IMG/VR virus record: IMGVR_UViG_2690315746_000001
Span: 21,703-85,702 of that record
From: a virus
Taxonomy: Duplodnaviria; Caudoviricetes
Strand: one strand, 5' to 3'
Length of the DNA stretch: 64,000 bases
The notes under the pieces were generated by a model that searched no databases, was not told the DNA's origin, and was given only the letters and a program-made list of their open reading frames with translations. The translations under genes and the position numbers were made by a program. Below are positions 1 through 9,800 of this stretch, one piece after another; within the stretch, counting starts at the first letter, position 1; each line of letters opens with the position of its first letter.

Positions 1-1530
1 GTCGACGTAGCGACCGCCGGCCGTGCCGACGATGTAGTTGATCAGCTCGGAGATCGAGCGCGGCTCCTGGATGTACTCGTTGAAGCGAATACCGTGCGCG
101 GAGCAGTGCTTGCCGAACTCGTAGAAGTCCCACATGTCGGGGACCTCCGGGAAGTAGGCGTTCTTCCCGTAGCGGCTGTTCTTGATGAAGTTGTAGGCGT
201 GCCAGGCCGGGTTGTTGGTGTAGGCGATCTTGAACGTGCCGTCCCACAGCCCCGGGAACTCGGAGAGGTTGGTCTCCTCGTTGAAGACGTGGTTCGACGG
301 CACCGGCACCAGGATGCCGCGGTAGACGCCGGTGAACTCGGGGACCTGCGTGAAGGTGTCGGTTGCCTTGATCGTCAGCCAGGCGATGGCGAGATCCGGG
401 AACGACACGGCGTCCCGGTTGACCTCCTGGATGCTCTCGAAGACGACGTCGGCGAAGATGTCCTTGGTGCTCGCGGCCGAGAGCCGGGTGACGCGCACGT
501 CATAGGGCTCGTTGATCCGCGCGACCGGGATGCGGAATTCCTTGGGGTAGGTCGAGCGCGCGAGACCCGTGATGGTCAGGTGGCCGGGCGCGGCCGGCGT
601 GGGCGTCGCGAAGGCCTGCGCGCCGACCCAGGTGGTCTCGTTGTAGGAGTAGACCTCCTCGCCGCTCTGGGGCGTGAGGAGGTAGTCGCCGCCGCCGATC
701 GTACCGAGCGGGGGCGTGGTGCCGGCCGGCGAGTACCAGGCCGTGCGGACGGCGCCGTCGAGGTCGACGAAGGTCCAGATGTCGTAGCCGGAGGCGAAGC
801 CGCGCGCGAGGTTCGTCGGGCGCTGCCAGGCGCCGCCCGTCCAGATCAGCGGCTCCCAGACCTCGCGGTCGGTCTGGAACCACATGGCGCCGTCCGCCTG
901 CACGGCGGTCGGCGGCGTGGAGGACGGGGCGAGGTAGGTCTCGCGATAGGCGCCGTTGACGATCGTGCCGGGCGAGGTGGCGCCCGGGCGGTAGTTCGAG
1001 GCGCCGGCCGTGTTCTCGACGGGCGGCGGCGGCTCGTTCGTGAACGGGACCTGCCACACGCCGGACGAGCGCGGCTTGACCTCGATCTTGAAGTCGAGGC
1101 TGCTCGGGAACTCGCCGCCCTCCTTCGAGACGGCGAGCAGCCGCTGCACCACGAGGCGCACGTCGATGTAGTCGATCTGGGTCTTGTCGCCCTGGACGAC
1201 GATCGACTGGTTGGCGGTGCGCAGCTCGAGCCCGACGTTCTTCGGCGAGGCGAGGCCGCCGAGGTTCAAACGGATCGTGTCGGCCGGGTTGGTGCCCTTG
1301 AGGAGCCGCAGCTCGAAGTTCGAGATGTTCGGGGTGTTGCTGCCCTTGTCGAGCAGCGGCACGTCGCCGACGCGGAACGAGGCCGCGCCGTCCTTCAGGC
1401 CGGAGATTGGGCCCTCGGAGATCGCGAGCAGGACCTCGACGGTGTCCTGACCGAACAGGCTGTCGTCGTGGCGCGTGGCCTTACGGCTCGTCGACGAGGA
1501 CGACTTGCGGCCCTTCAGAGCGGCGACCAT
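1..1530 (-). CDS. Tail tip / host-specificity protein J-like (runs off window start)
   Basis: Not in ORF track because truncated. Manual translation from ATG 1530: MVAALKGRKSS...EVLLAISEGPISGL...WDGTFKIAYTNNPAWHAYNFIKNSRYG, typical lambda-J family motifs; follows the I-like gene. Confidence 0.9.
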   Translation of the reverse strand, partial: MVAALKGRKSSSSTSRKATRHDDSLFGQDTVEVLLAISEGPISGLKDGAASFRVGDVPLLDKGSNTPNISNFELRLLKGTNPADTIRLNLGGLASPKNVGLELRTANQSIVVQGDKTQIDYIDVRLVVQRLLAVSKEGGEFPSSLDFKIEVKPRSSGVWQVPFTNEPPPPVENTAGASNYRPGATSPGTIVNGAYRETYLAPSSTPPTAVQADGAMWFQTDREVWEPLIWTGGAWQRPTNLARGFASGYDIWTFVDLDGAVRTAWYSPAGTTPPLGTIGGGDYLLTPQSGEEVYSYNETTWVGAQAFATPTPAAPGHLTITGLARSTYPKEFRIPVARINEPYDVRVTRLSAASTKDIFADVVFESIQEVNRDAVSFPDLAIAWLTIKATDTFTQVPEFTGVYRGILVPVPSNHVFNEETNLSEFPGLWDGTFKIAYTNNPAWHAYNFIKNSRYGKNAYFPEVPDMWDFYEFGKHCSAHGIRFNEYIQEPRSISELINYIVGTAGGRYVD

Positions 1531-2099
1531 TAAACGACCCCAGTATCGACGGCATCAATATTGAACGAGAGATAGTGACCACCCACCAGATCCTCGCCGC
1601 AGAGGATCGGAATACGGGTGCCGATCTCGACCGTATTCTTAGGAGCCCCAAGATAATGGGACTTCTTCTCTTCTTTGTCTTTGTTGTCGCGCTTGGGCGT
1701 GTTGAACAGCTGCAGGATGCCGCCGAGGATCATCACGATGCCGATCTTCAGCAGGATCGGCCCGATCAGGGGGCCCGCGATGAAGGAGGCGGCCACCAGC
1801 ACCGCGCCGATCAGGATCTGGAAGAAGCCACCGTTCTTGCCGCCGTTGAGCTGCGGGAAGAGGTGCAGGTCCCGGGCGCCGCCCACGGCGATGAGATCTT
1901 CGATGGTCTCGTGGCCGAGCACCTTCACGCGCAGCGGCCCGGTCACAGCATTCCCGCCGAAGCCCTTCACCTGGCGCGTGATCGCCTTCAGTGCTTCGGC
2001 GGGCGATGCGGCGTGAACTTCAATCGGCCCGGAGTGGATGCTCTTCAGCGTGCCGTGAAGATGAATACGTCGCAGCACGAACAACCCGCCCTTGCTCAA
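1530..2099 (-). CDS. Tail assembly protein I-like
   Basis: Ubiquitin-like N-term, GGKNGGFFQILIGAVLVAASF hydrophobic segment, NTVEIGTRIPILCGE motif; true start may be GTG near 2078. Confidence 0.85.
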   Translation of the reverse strand: MSKGGLFVLRRIHLHGTLKSIHSGPIEVHAASPAEALKAITRQVKGFGGNAVTGPLRVKVLGHETIEDLIAVGGARDLHLFPQLNGGKNGGFFQILIGAVLVAASFIAGPLIGPILLKIGIVMILGGILQLFNTPKRDNKDKEEKKSHYLGAPKNTVEIGTRIPILCGEDLVGGHYLSFNIDAVDTGVV

Positions 2100-2406
2100 C
2101 AGCGTAACAAGCGACGCCGTCCGAGCCCACGATATAGTGATGCAGGTGCGGATAATTCAAGAAAGACGCAAGATCATCACGGGTCAAGTTGCAGTCGGTC
2201 CCGGTATGGGTGTGCCACGATGCAATGGCGTTGTCTTCGTATTTGAGCAAATCCTCTGCCGCGATGTCGAAGCCATCTGCTGGCTCGTGACAGATGTTCT
2301 GCACCTCCACGACCGAACCATCAGGCAGAACGAAGCCACAGCGCTCGGGAGCAGCCAGGTCGTGCTCGTAGCGCGACGCCAGATCGGATATGGTCACCTC
2401 AGACAT
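2020..2406 (-). CDS. JAB/Mov34 metalloprotease domain protein (K N-terminal half)
   Basis: ERCGFV ... WHTHT ... LTRDD (E...HxH-x10-D JAB motif), in tail-tip cluster. Confidence 0.85.
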   Translation of the reverse strand: MSEVTISDLASRYEHDLAAPERCGFVLPDGSVVEVQNICHEPADGFDIAAEDLLKYEDNAIASWHTHTGTDCNLTRDDLASFLNYPHLHHYIVGSDGVACYAVEQGRVVRAATYSSSRHAEEHPLRAD

Positions 2407-2914
2407 CGAGCCGCCCCTGCCGCGCTTCCTCGAGCTTCTCGCGCACCCGCTGCGGGATCAGGTCCCAGGCGTCGATCTCGGTCTCATCGACGAGCTTCGA
2501 GCCGTCGACCTCCGGGTGCCGGAGGATCGCCACGGTGGTGTCGCGCCAGATCGGCCGGCTGTAGGGCTCGATCTGCGAGAGCGAGCCGGCGAAGTGGTGG
2601 ATGATCTTGCCGTCCGGCAGCAGGATCGCGCCGTGGTTCGCGACCTCGGAGCGGATCGCCATCAGCAGCACGTCGCCCGGCAGCCAGTCGCTCGGCTGCA
2701 TCGAGGTCACGAGCCCGAACCCGGCCCACTGGTAGTGGTCCAGGTAGAGGTTCAGGTGGCGGCCCTCGGCGTCCGGCTCCCACCAGCTGTCGGGGCGCGC
2801 GAGGTCGGGCACCTCGATGCCGAAGTTGAGGCGGTAGAAGTCGCGCATCAGGGAGTAGCAGTCGCTCTCCCCGTGCTTGAACTCGCGCCCGAGCAGGCCG
2901 TCCGTCTTGATCAT
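2399..2914 (-). CDS. NlpC/P60 domain tail protein (K C-terminal half)
   Basis: GREFKHGESDCYSLMRDFY, PGDVLLM, NHGAILL...IIHH: NlpC/P60 Cys-His-His. Confidence 0.88.
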   Translation of the reverse strand: MIKTDGLLGREFKHGESDCYSLMRDFYRLNFGIEVPDLARPDSWWEPDAEGRHLNLYLDHYQWAGFGLVTSMQPSDWLPGDVLLMAIRSEVANHGAILLPDGKIIHHFAGSLSQIEPYSRPIWRDTTVAILRHPEVDGSKLVDETEIDAWDLIPQRVREKLEEARQGRLDV

Positions 2915-2944
2915 GACCCTCAGATATGTACGAAACGTACGGCC

Positions 2945-3451
2945 TCACAGGGTCACGAACGGGAATTCCGGGGGCGTGAACATGCGTGCCGGCACCATCT
3001 GCTCCGGCACGTCGGAGAGGGCGCGCAGCTCGAACGAGATGCTCTGGCCGGCGATCAGGTCCTTCACCCGGCCGATGAACCAGAACTCGGTGTTCGAGAT
3101 GATGAGCCCGCGCTCGAGGTGGTCACGCAGCACGATGAAGCGCTGGAGCACGACGCTGTCGAAGCGGCCGGCGAAGGCCGCCTCGTTGAACACGCCCATC
3201 GGGTTCATGAGCCGCAGGGTCGGGCGGTTCTTCTCCTCCTCGCTCGAGCGGGAGACCTCCGACATCTTGCAGGCCAGGTGGTCCCAGACCTTGCCGTTCC
3301 AGCGGGTGACGGAGCCCATGGGCCCGTCCCGGAAGCGCAGGATCGGCGTGCCGCCGTCCGGGACGTTGCGCAGGGCGACCTCGAAGAGGCTCACCTCGCT
3401 GTCCGCAGTGAGCTTCAGGCCTTCATCGACGTGGGAAGCGGGGACGCTCAT
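2945..3451 (-). CDS. Minor tail protein L-like (short, no Cys-rich C-terminal domain)
   Basis: Position between M-like and K-like genes; RPTLRLMN and ISFELRAL..VPARMF segments. Confidence 0.65.
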   Translation of the reverse strand: MSVPASHVDEGLKLTADSEVSLFEVALRNVPDGGTPILRFRDGPMGSVTRWNGKVWDHLACKMSEVSRSSEEEKNRPTLRLMNPMGVFNEAAFAGRFDSVVLQRFIVLRDHLERGLIISNTEFWFIGRVKDLIAGQSISFELRALSDVPEQMVPARMFTPPEFPFVTL

Positions 3452-3879
3452 GGCTGGATCAGAAGCTCGATGTCGAAGGGATCGACCTGGTGGACGCGGT
3501 AGGCGGTGCCGTCCGGTGCGCGATAGCCGCCGACCTCGCCCGGGCTGCTGCCCGACTTCTTGGGCATGATGAGCGGCTTGTTGAACCGGACGATCACGGT
3601 GCCCAGGATCGGGTGCGGATAGTTGAATGGCTCGAACATCCGGTGGCGCTTGTAGAACTCGTCGAGCGCGCGGATGTTGAGCTGCGGCACCACGTCGGCG
3701 AGCATCGGCTCGCCGGCATAGCGCTGGAAGAAGAACATGGTCGGGAAGTTGAGGTGGACGATGACCTCGTCCGGGCCGAGCGGGCGGGCGGCGAAGCGGT
3801 AGCCCCGGCCGAACTTGATCGTCGAGCCGCCGGGGTATTCGTCATTCGGGCTGTGGTACGGGAAGTCGAAGGTCTCCAC
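3448..3879 (-). CDS. Distal tail protein M-like
   Basis: Directly downstream of tape measure; IKFGRGYRF, LDEFYKRH..FEPFNY resemble lambda M family. Confidence 0.7.
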   Translation of the reverse strand: METFDFPYHSPNDEYPGGSTIKFGRGYRFAARPLGPDEVIVHLNFPTMFFFQRYAGEPMLADVVPQLNIRALDEFYKRHRMFEPFNYPHPILGTVIVRFNKPLIMPKKSGSSPGEVGGYRAPDGTAYRVHQVDPFDIELLIQP

Positions 3880-3880
3880 T

Positions 3881-6800
3881 CTATCCTCCCGCAGCCACGC
3901 GCTTGATCAGCTGCTTGATGGTGCCGCCGCGCTGAATGTTCTCGCCGATCGCGAAGACGAAGTCGGAGGCGCCCGGCACCGGCACCTGATCGCGGTCGAC
4001 GACGTAGACGTTGGCGCTCGCCGAGGCGCCGCCGGCCATGCGCTTGGCGTCGACCTTCGGGGCCCGGTTCACCATCGTGTTGCCGAGCGCGTTGACCTGG
4101 TCGAGCGTGTCCCGGCCGACCGCGTCGACCGCGGAGCGGCGCAGCAGGTACTCGCCGGGCTGGGCCAGGATGAGCTTGCTGTCGCGCTGCGCGAGCGCCG
4201 CGTCGCTGCCCGGCACGCCGCCGCCGCCCGCCATGCGGATCGGGCCGCCGGAGGCCATGCCGCCGCCGAAGATCGACGAGAAGAACTTCCCGATGCCGTC
4301 GAACAGCCCGCCGCCAGCGCCCGCGCCGCCCTCGAGCCCGCCGAAGATCGACTTGAAGATCGAGTTGGTCAGGCTGCGCGAGATCTGCTGCATGAGCCCG
4401 CCGAGGATGTCGGTGGCGAACTTCTTCAGAGCGTCGCCGGCCTTCATCGAGCCGTTGAACAGGTTCACGAACAGATTGTCGAAGGCGTTGCCGATGACGT
4501 TCAGCTCGCCGGCCAGCAGCTTACGAGCCTCCTGGGTCTCGTCGACCAGCTTGCCCATCGGATCGCGGATACCGCGGGCCTTCTCGAAGTCGACGATCGC
4601 GCCCGACACCGCGTTGGACATCGACGGCCCCTTGGCGTCGAGGTCCCTCTTGGTGTTGACTGAGACGTCCGAGAGCGCCTGCTTGCGCTTCAGCTCGAGG
4701 AGCTTCTCCTGGATCAGGACCTGCTTCTCGGCCGGGCCGAGGCCGGCCGTCGCGGCGTCGGCGAGCGCCTTCTCGAGGACCGCGATCTGCTCGCGGATCG
4801 ACGCGCTCTCGCCCTCGAGCGCACGGCGCTCCTTGAGCTTGACCAGCTCCTGGTCGAGCTTGTCGATCTCGGCCTGCGGGACCTTGTTCTCGTTCTCGTC
4901 GAGCTTCAGGCTCTTGAGCTGCGCCTCGCGCCGGGCGATCTCCTGGTCGAGCACGCGCGTCGAGACCTTGCCGGCGGCGTCGGCCGCGGCGATGGCCTCC
5001 TTCTCGGCGAGCGCCCGGAACCGCTCGGTGATGGCGGTCCGGCCCTCCTCCTTCTGCTCGGGCGTGCGCGACTTGCTGTTCGCGTCCAGCTCGTCGGCCT
5101 TGAGCGCGCTCGCGTTCAGCCTGCCGTAGGCCGCAATGGCGCCGCTCGAGGCCTCCTTGACGGTGGCGACCTCGTTGGCCTTCGAGATCCGCGCCATCGC
5201 CGCGGCGATGCCGGCGGTCTCGGTCTTGTCCTGGAGGCGCAGCGAGGCGAGCAGCGCCTGATCGGCCTTCTGCTGCTCGATGGCGCCGACCCGGCGCTTG
5301 TCCTCCGCGTTCTCCTTGTCCAGCTTCCCCTTGTCCGCTTCCTCCTTGTCCTTCAGGACCTTAGCGGTGGTGGTGGTCAGCTTCTCCGAGGCCCTGGACG
5401 CCGTGGCGTACATGCCCTTCAGGATCTCGGTGAACTCGCCCGCCGTGATCGAGCCGGAGCGGCCCTTGGCGCCGTTGTTCTCGATCGCCGCGGCCGAGAC
5501 GAAGTCCCGGGCCGGCGAGTTCGGGTTGCGCAGCAGCCGGGTGCCGCCGGCCGCGCCCTGGTTGTGCAGGACGAACAGCTCGGCGTCGGTCGGGTCGCGG
5601 CCGAGCCGGTCCCGGAAGATCTTCGCGTTGTCGCGCGTGAAGTCGATCGCCGCCGGGACCTGGTTCTCGACGCTGAAGATGTCTCCCTTGCCGTACTTGC
5701 CCCAGGTGTTGACCCCACCCGGGTAGTCGTTGTTCATGAACTGGAAGAGGCCCTTGGCCCCGGAGGCGTTCTTCGCCCCCGGGTTCATGCTACTCTCCAG
5801 CTGGCCGAGGCCGAGCAGGTAGTTCACCATGCTGCCGGCGCCGGCCGCCCGGGCAGTCGTGATGACGCGCTCCGCGACCGAGCCGGCCGGCGCGGTGCGG
5901 CTGTCGGCCAGGATCTCGTTCGGGCTCGCCGCGACCTCGCGCTGCGCGTCGGTGGCGACCCGGCCCTTGGCGATGGTCGTCGCCTCGTCGAGCAGCTTGT
6001 TGATCTGCTCGACCAGCTCGCGCGCCTTCTCCGGCGTGGTCTGGGCGTCCTTGGCGATCTTCTCCAGCCGGGAGGCCTCGGCGCGCAGCTCCTGCTCGCG
6101 CGCCTTGTCGGCGTTCGCTGAGATGCGCAGGACCGCGTCCTCGATCCGGCGGCGTCGCTGGATGTAGTCCTCCTGCAGCTTCTCGAGCTTCGCCTTCGTC
6201 TCCCGGTCCAGCTCGTCGAGCTGGGTCTGGAGCCCGCTGTCGTTGGCGATCTGCTCGGGGGTCTTGCCGAAGGTCAGGATTTCGCGGCTGATGACGGCGT
6301 TCGCCTCCGTCAGCTCCTTGATCCGGTTCGTGACGCGCTCGAGGTCGGCCTGGCTGGTCGCCGTCTGGGCCTGCTTCGTCAGGGTCGCGATCTCGGCGTC
6401 GTTGCCCCGGCGCTCCGCCTGCGAGACCCTGACCGCCTCGGGGTTGAGGCTCTCGATCAGCTCGCGCAGCTCCTTGCTGGCGTTCTTCGCGATGGCGTCG
6501 AGCTTGCCGCGGACCGCCGCCAGTGCGGCTGCGATGTTCTCCTTCGTCTCGCCGCGCGCCAACATGGCGTCGCGCACGCCGTCCAGCTCGGCGAGCTGGC
6601 CCTTGGCCTCGTCGCCGGTGACGCGCAGCGTCGCCAGGAGCTGCTTGACGCGGACGTCGGGGCTGAGCCCCGGGGCACGCAGCACCGCCTCCTGATCGCT
6701 GGCGCGCTGAACCTTGAGGGCGTCGGCCCGGCGGTCGAGCGCGACCACCTCGGGGGAGGCCTCGAGCTTCTGGCGCCGGACCTCGTCCTGCCGGCGCTCC

Positions 6801-9800
6801 AGCTCCATGCCGGCGGCCTGGCGCTCGATGGCGACGTCCGCCGTCTGCGCGAAGCGCTGCAGGGCCTCGGTGGCGAGCTTGACCTTCGCCTCCAGCTCCT
6901 TGACCCGCCCCGGGTCCTGGTCGGCGGTCGCCTTCAGCTTCTCGTCGAGGAGCTGCTGAGACCAGACGCCCTGGGCCTCGAGCATCTGGGCGCGCAGCCC
7001 GCGCGTCGAGCCGAGCGGGTCGGTCCGCGAGATCAGGCTCGGGTTCTCGACGACGTCCATCGCCCGATCGAACGGGCCACCCAGCGCGCGGAAGGGCGCC
7101 GTGGGCTCGAACTTGTCGCCGCCCGCAATCACCCGGCCGAAGCCGTCGACCGCCGTCACCGGCGCGGTCTGGGTGCGGTTCTGCTCCGCCAGCGCCTTCT
7201 GCTTCTCGGCGAGCTGGATCAGCTTTTCCTGGGTCGCCAGGATCTGCTGCATGCCGAGGTCGGGCAGCTTGCCCTGCATCTCGGCGCGCAGGCGCTGGTA
7301 GGCGGCGATCAGGCCGTCCGCCGACTTCGACACGCCATCCATCGAGAACCCGACGTCGCCGAAGCCTTTCTGGGCCTCAATGACTGCGTTCTGCAGCTGG
7401 AGCGGGTCCTCGTTCAGCTTGTCGCGCTTGGCGATCAGGCCGTCGATCTGCCGGTCGATGTCCGTCAGCGTGAGGGTCACGCTGTCGCGCTTCGAGGACA
7501 GCTCGTTCTCGACGCCCTTGATCTGGTCGAGGCGCTTGGTGACGCGCTCGAGCGCGGTCTCCATGTTGACCAGCTGGGCCACCATGTAGGCGATGCCGGC
7601 CGCAGCGCCGACGCCGAGCACGGGCAGGCCGATGAAGCCGCTGGTGAGGAGCCCGAGCGCCAAGCCGCCGACCTTGAGGAGCGCCAGGGTGCCGACGATC
7701 GCCGTCAGGCCAGCGCCGACCGCCGGGAGGATCGGGCCAAGCTTCTCGAAGTTGCCGACGAGCCCGATCAGGCCCTCGGTGCCGAGCTTCAGGGCATCGA
7801 CTAGGGGCTTGAAGGCTGTGTCGACCACCGCGAAGGTGGTGTTGCCGAGCCGCTGCAGCGTCGCCGTCAGGCTCTCGTTGGCCTTGGCCGCGCCCTCGCT
7901 CGCCGCCGAGGAGAGCAGCATCTGGGTGCGCAGCTTCTCGATCAGGTCGCCCTGGCCGCCGATCGCCGAGAACGCCGCGGCGGCGCGCAGGTCGAGCGAG
8001 CGCAGCGCGTCGGCGGTGGTGAAGCCGGCGCTGGTCAGGTTCTTGAGGACACCCGACAGGCCGTTGGCGCGCAGGTCGACGTCGGCCAGGGAAATCCCCA
8101 GCTCCTTGAGCACGTCCCGGAACTTCTGCGAGGGCGAGGTCAGCTCGGTGATGAGCTGCCGGATGCCGGTGCCGATGGTCGAGCCCGACTTGACGCCGGC
8201 CTGCGAGATGGCGCCGATCGTTGCCGTCAGCTCCGAGAAGCTCACGCCGCTGTCGCGCGCGATGTTGGCCGCATACTGGATGCCCAGCTGCAGCTGCTCC
8301 ATCGTGAGCTTGGTGGCGTTGAGCGCCCCGACCAGGATGTCGGAGACCTCGGCTGCGCGGCCGGCCGCCATGCCGTAGGCGCCGAGCACGCCGGTGATCG
8401 CCTCGACCGACTGCTGCAGGGTCGAGCCCGAGGCCGCGGCGAGGTCGGCGACGGGCTTAAGGGCCTTCGCCACGTCGGAGGCCGACAGGCCGGTCTGGCC
8501 GAGCGTGATGGCGACCTGGGCCAGCTCGTTGACCGAGAAGCGGCTGTCCTTCGCGATGCCGAGCAGCTCGGCCCGGAAGCCGCCCATCTCGGAGGTCGCG
8601 GCGCCGGTGATCGCCTGGAAGCGCGACAGGACGTCGTCGAATTCCTTGATGGCGCCCACGGCGCCGGTGATCATCCCGGTGACGGCGCCGAACAGCGCGT
8701 AGTTCGTGGCGAGCTGCGCCTGGAAGGCGAACTGGTCGGCGCCGCCGTTGAGGTTGAAGGCGGCGTTGCGCGCCTTGAAGCCGCGCTCGGCCGCGGCGTC
8801 GTAGTCGGGGCCGGCGGCGCGGCGCGCCTCGCGCTGCTCGCCCTTCGCGACCTTGTCCCGGCGGGCGTTCTCCGCCTGCGCCGCCGCGTAGGCGTCGCGG
8901 TCCCGGCGCTTGTTCTCCTCCCAGGCCTGGGCCTCGATCTTGTCCCGGCGGGCGTTCTCGGCCTTGGCCGCGGCACGCGCATCCGCGTCGACCCCGCGGT
9001 TGTCGCGGTAGGCCTCGTTGGTCTGCCGGTCCCGGCGGGCGTTCTCGGCCCGGGCGGCGGCGCGAGCATCGCGCTCGATCCGCTGGTTCTCGGCATCGGC
9101 CTCAGTGCGCAGCTTGTCGCGGCGCCGGTTCTCCGCCTCGGCAGCTGCCCGGGTCTCCCGGGTGAGCCGCGCGTTCTCGGCCTCGGCCTCGCTGCGCTGC
9201 CTGTCCCGCCGGCGGTTCTCCGCCTCGGCCGCGGCGCGCGAGTTCGCGTCGATGCGCCGGTTCTCTGCGTCGGCCTGGCCGGCGATCTTGTCGCGGCGCT
9301 TGTTCTCCGCTTCCGCCGCAGCCCGGCTATCGCGGTCGACGCCGCGGTTGTCCCGGACGGCGTCGGCCATCTGCCGGTCGCGCCGGGTATTCTCGGCCTT
9401 CGCCGACGCGACGGTGTCGCTCCAGGCCCGGTTGTTGGCCTGGTCGAATTCCCGGTTGAGCCGGTAGGCCTCATTGAGGTCGCGCACGCCGGCATCGACC
9501 GTGGCGCGCTGCTGGTCGAGCCAGGCCGTGCGCTCGGGGCGCGACATGCCCGCGGTGCTGCTGGTGTAGGTGTCGTAATCGACGCCGTGCTGGCGCCGGA
9601 AGCTCCGGTTGCGGTTGGCCTCACGCAGCGCCGTGTTCGGGTCAGCCTCGCGGGCGGCCTGGCGCGCCTCGTCCGCCATGTAGCTCTGGCGGAGCTTCTG
9701 GTAGTCGCGCTCCTGGCGCTCGGCCTCTTTGCGGTCGACCTCGAGCTGCGCGACGCGGGCGGCCCGCGCCCGGCGCTCCTCGAGGGTGCCGCCCTGCTGG

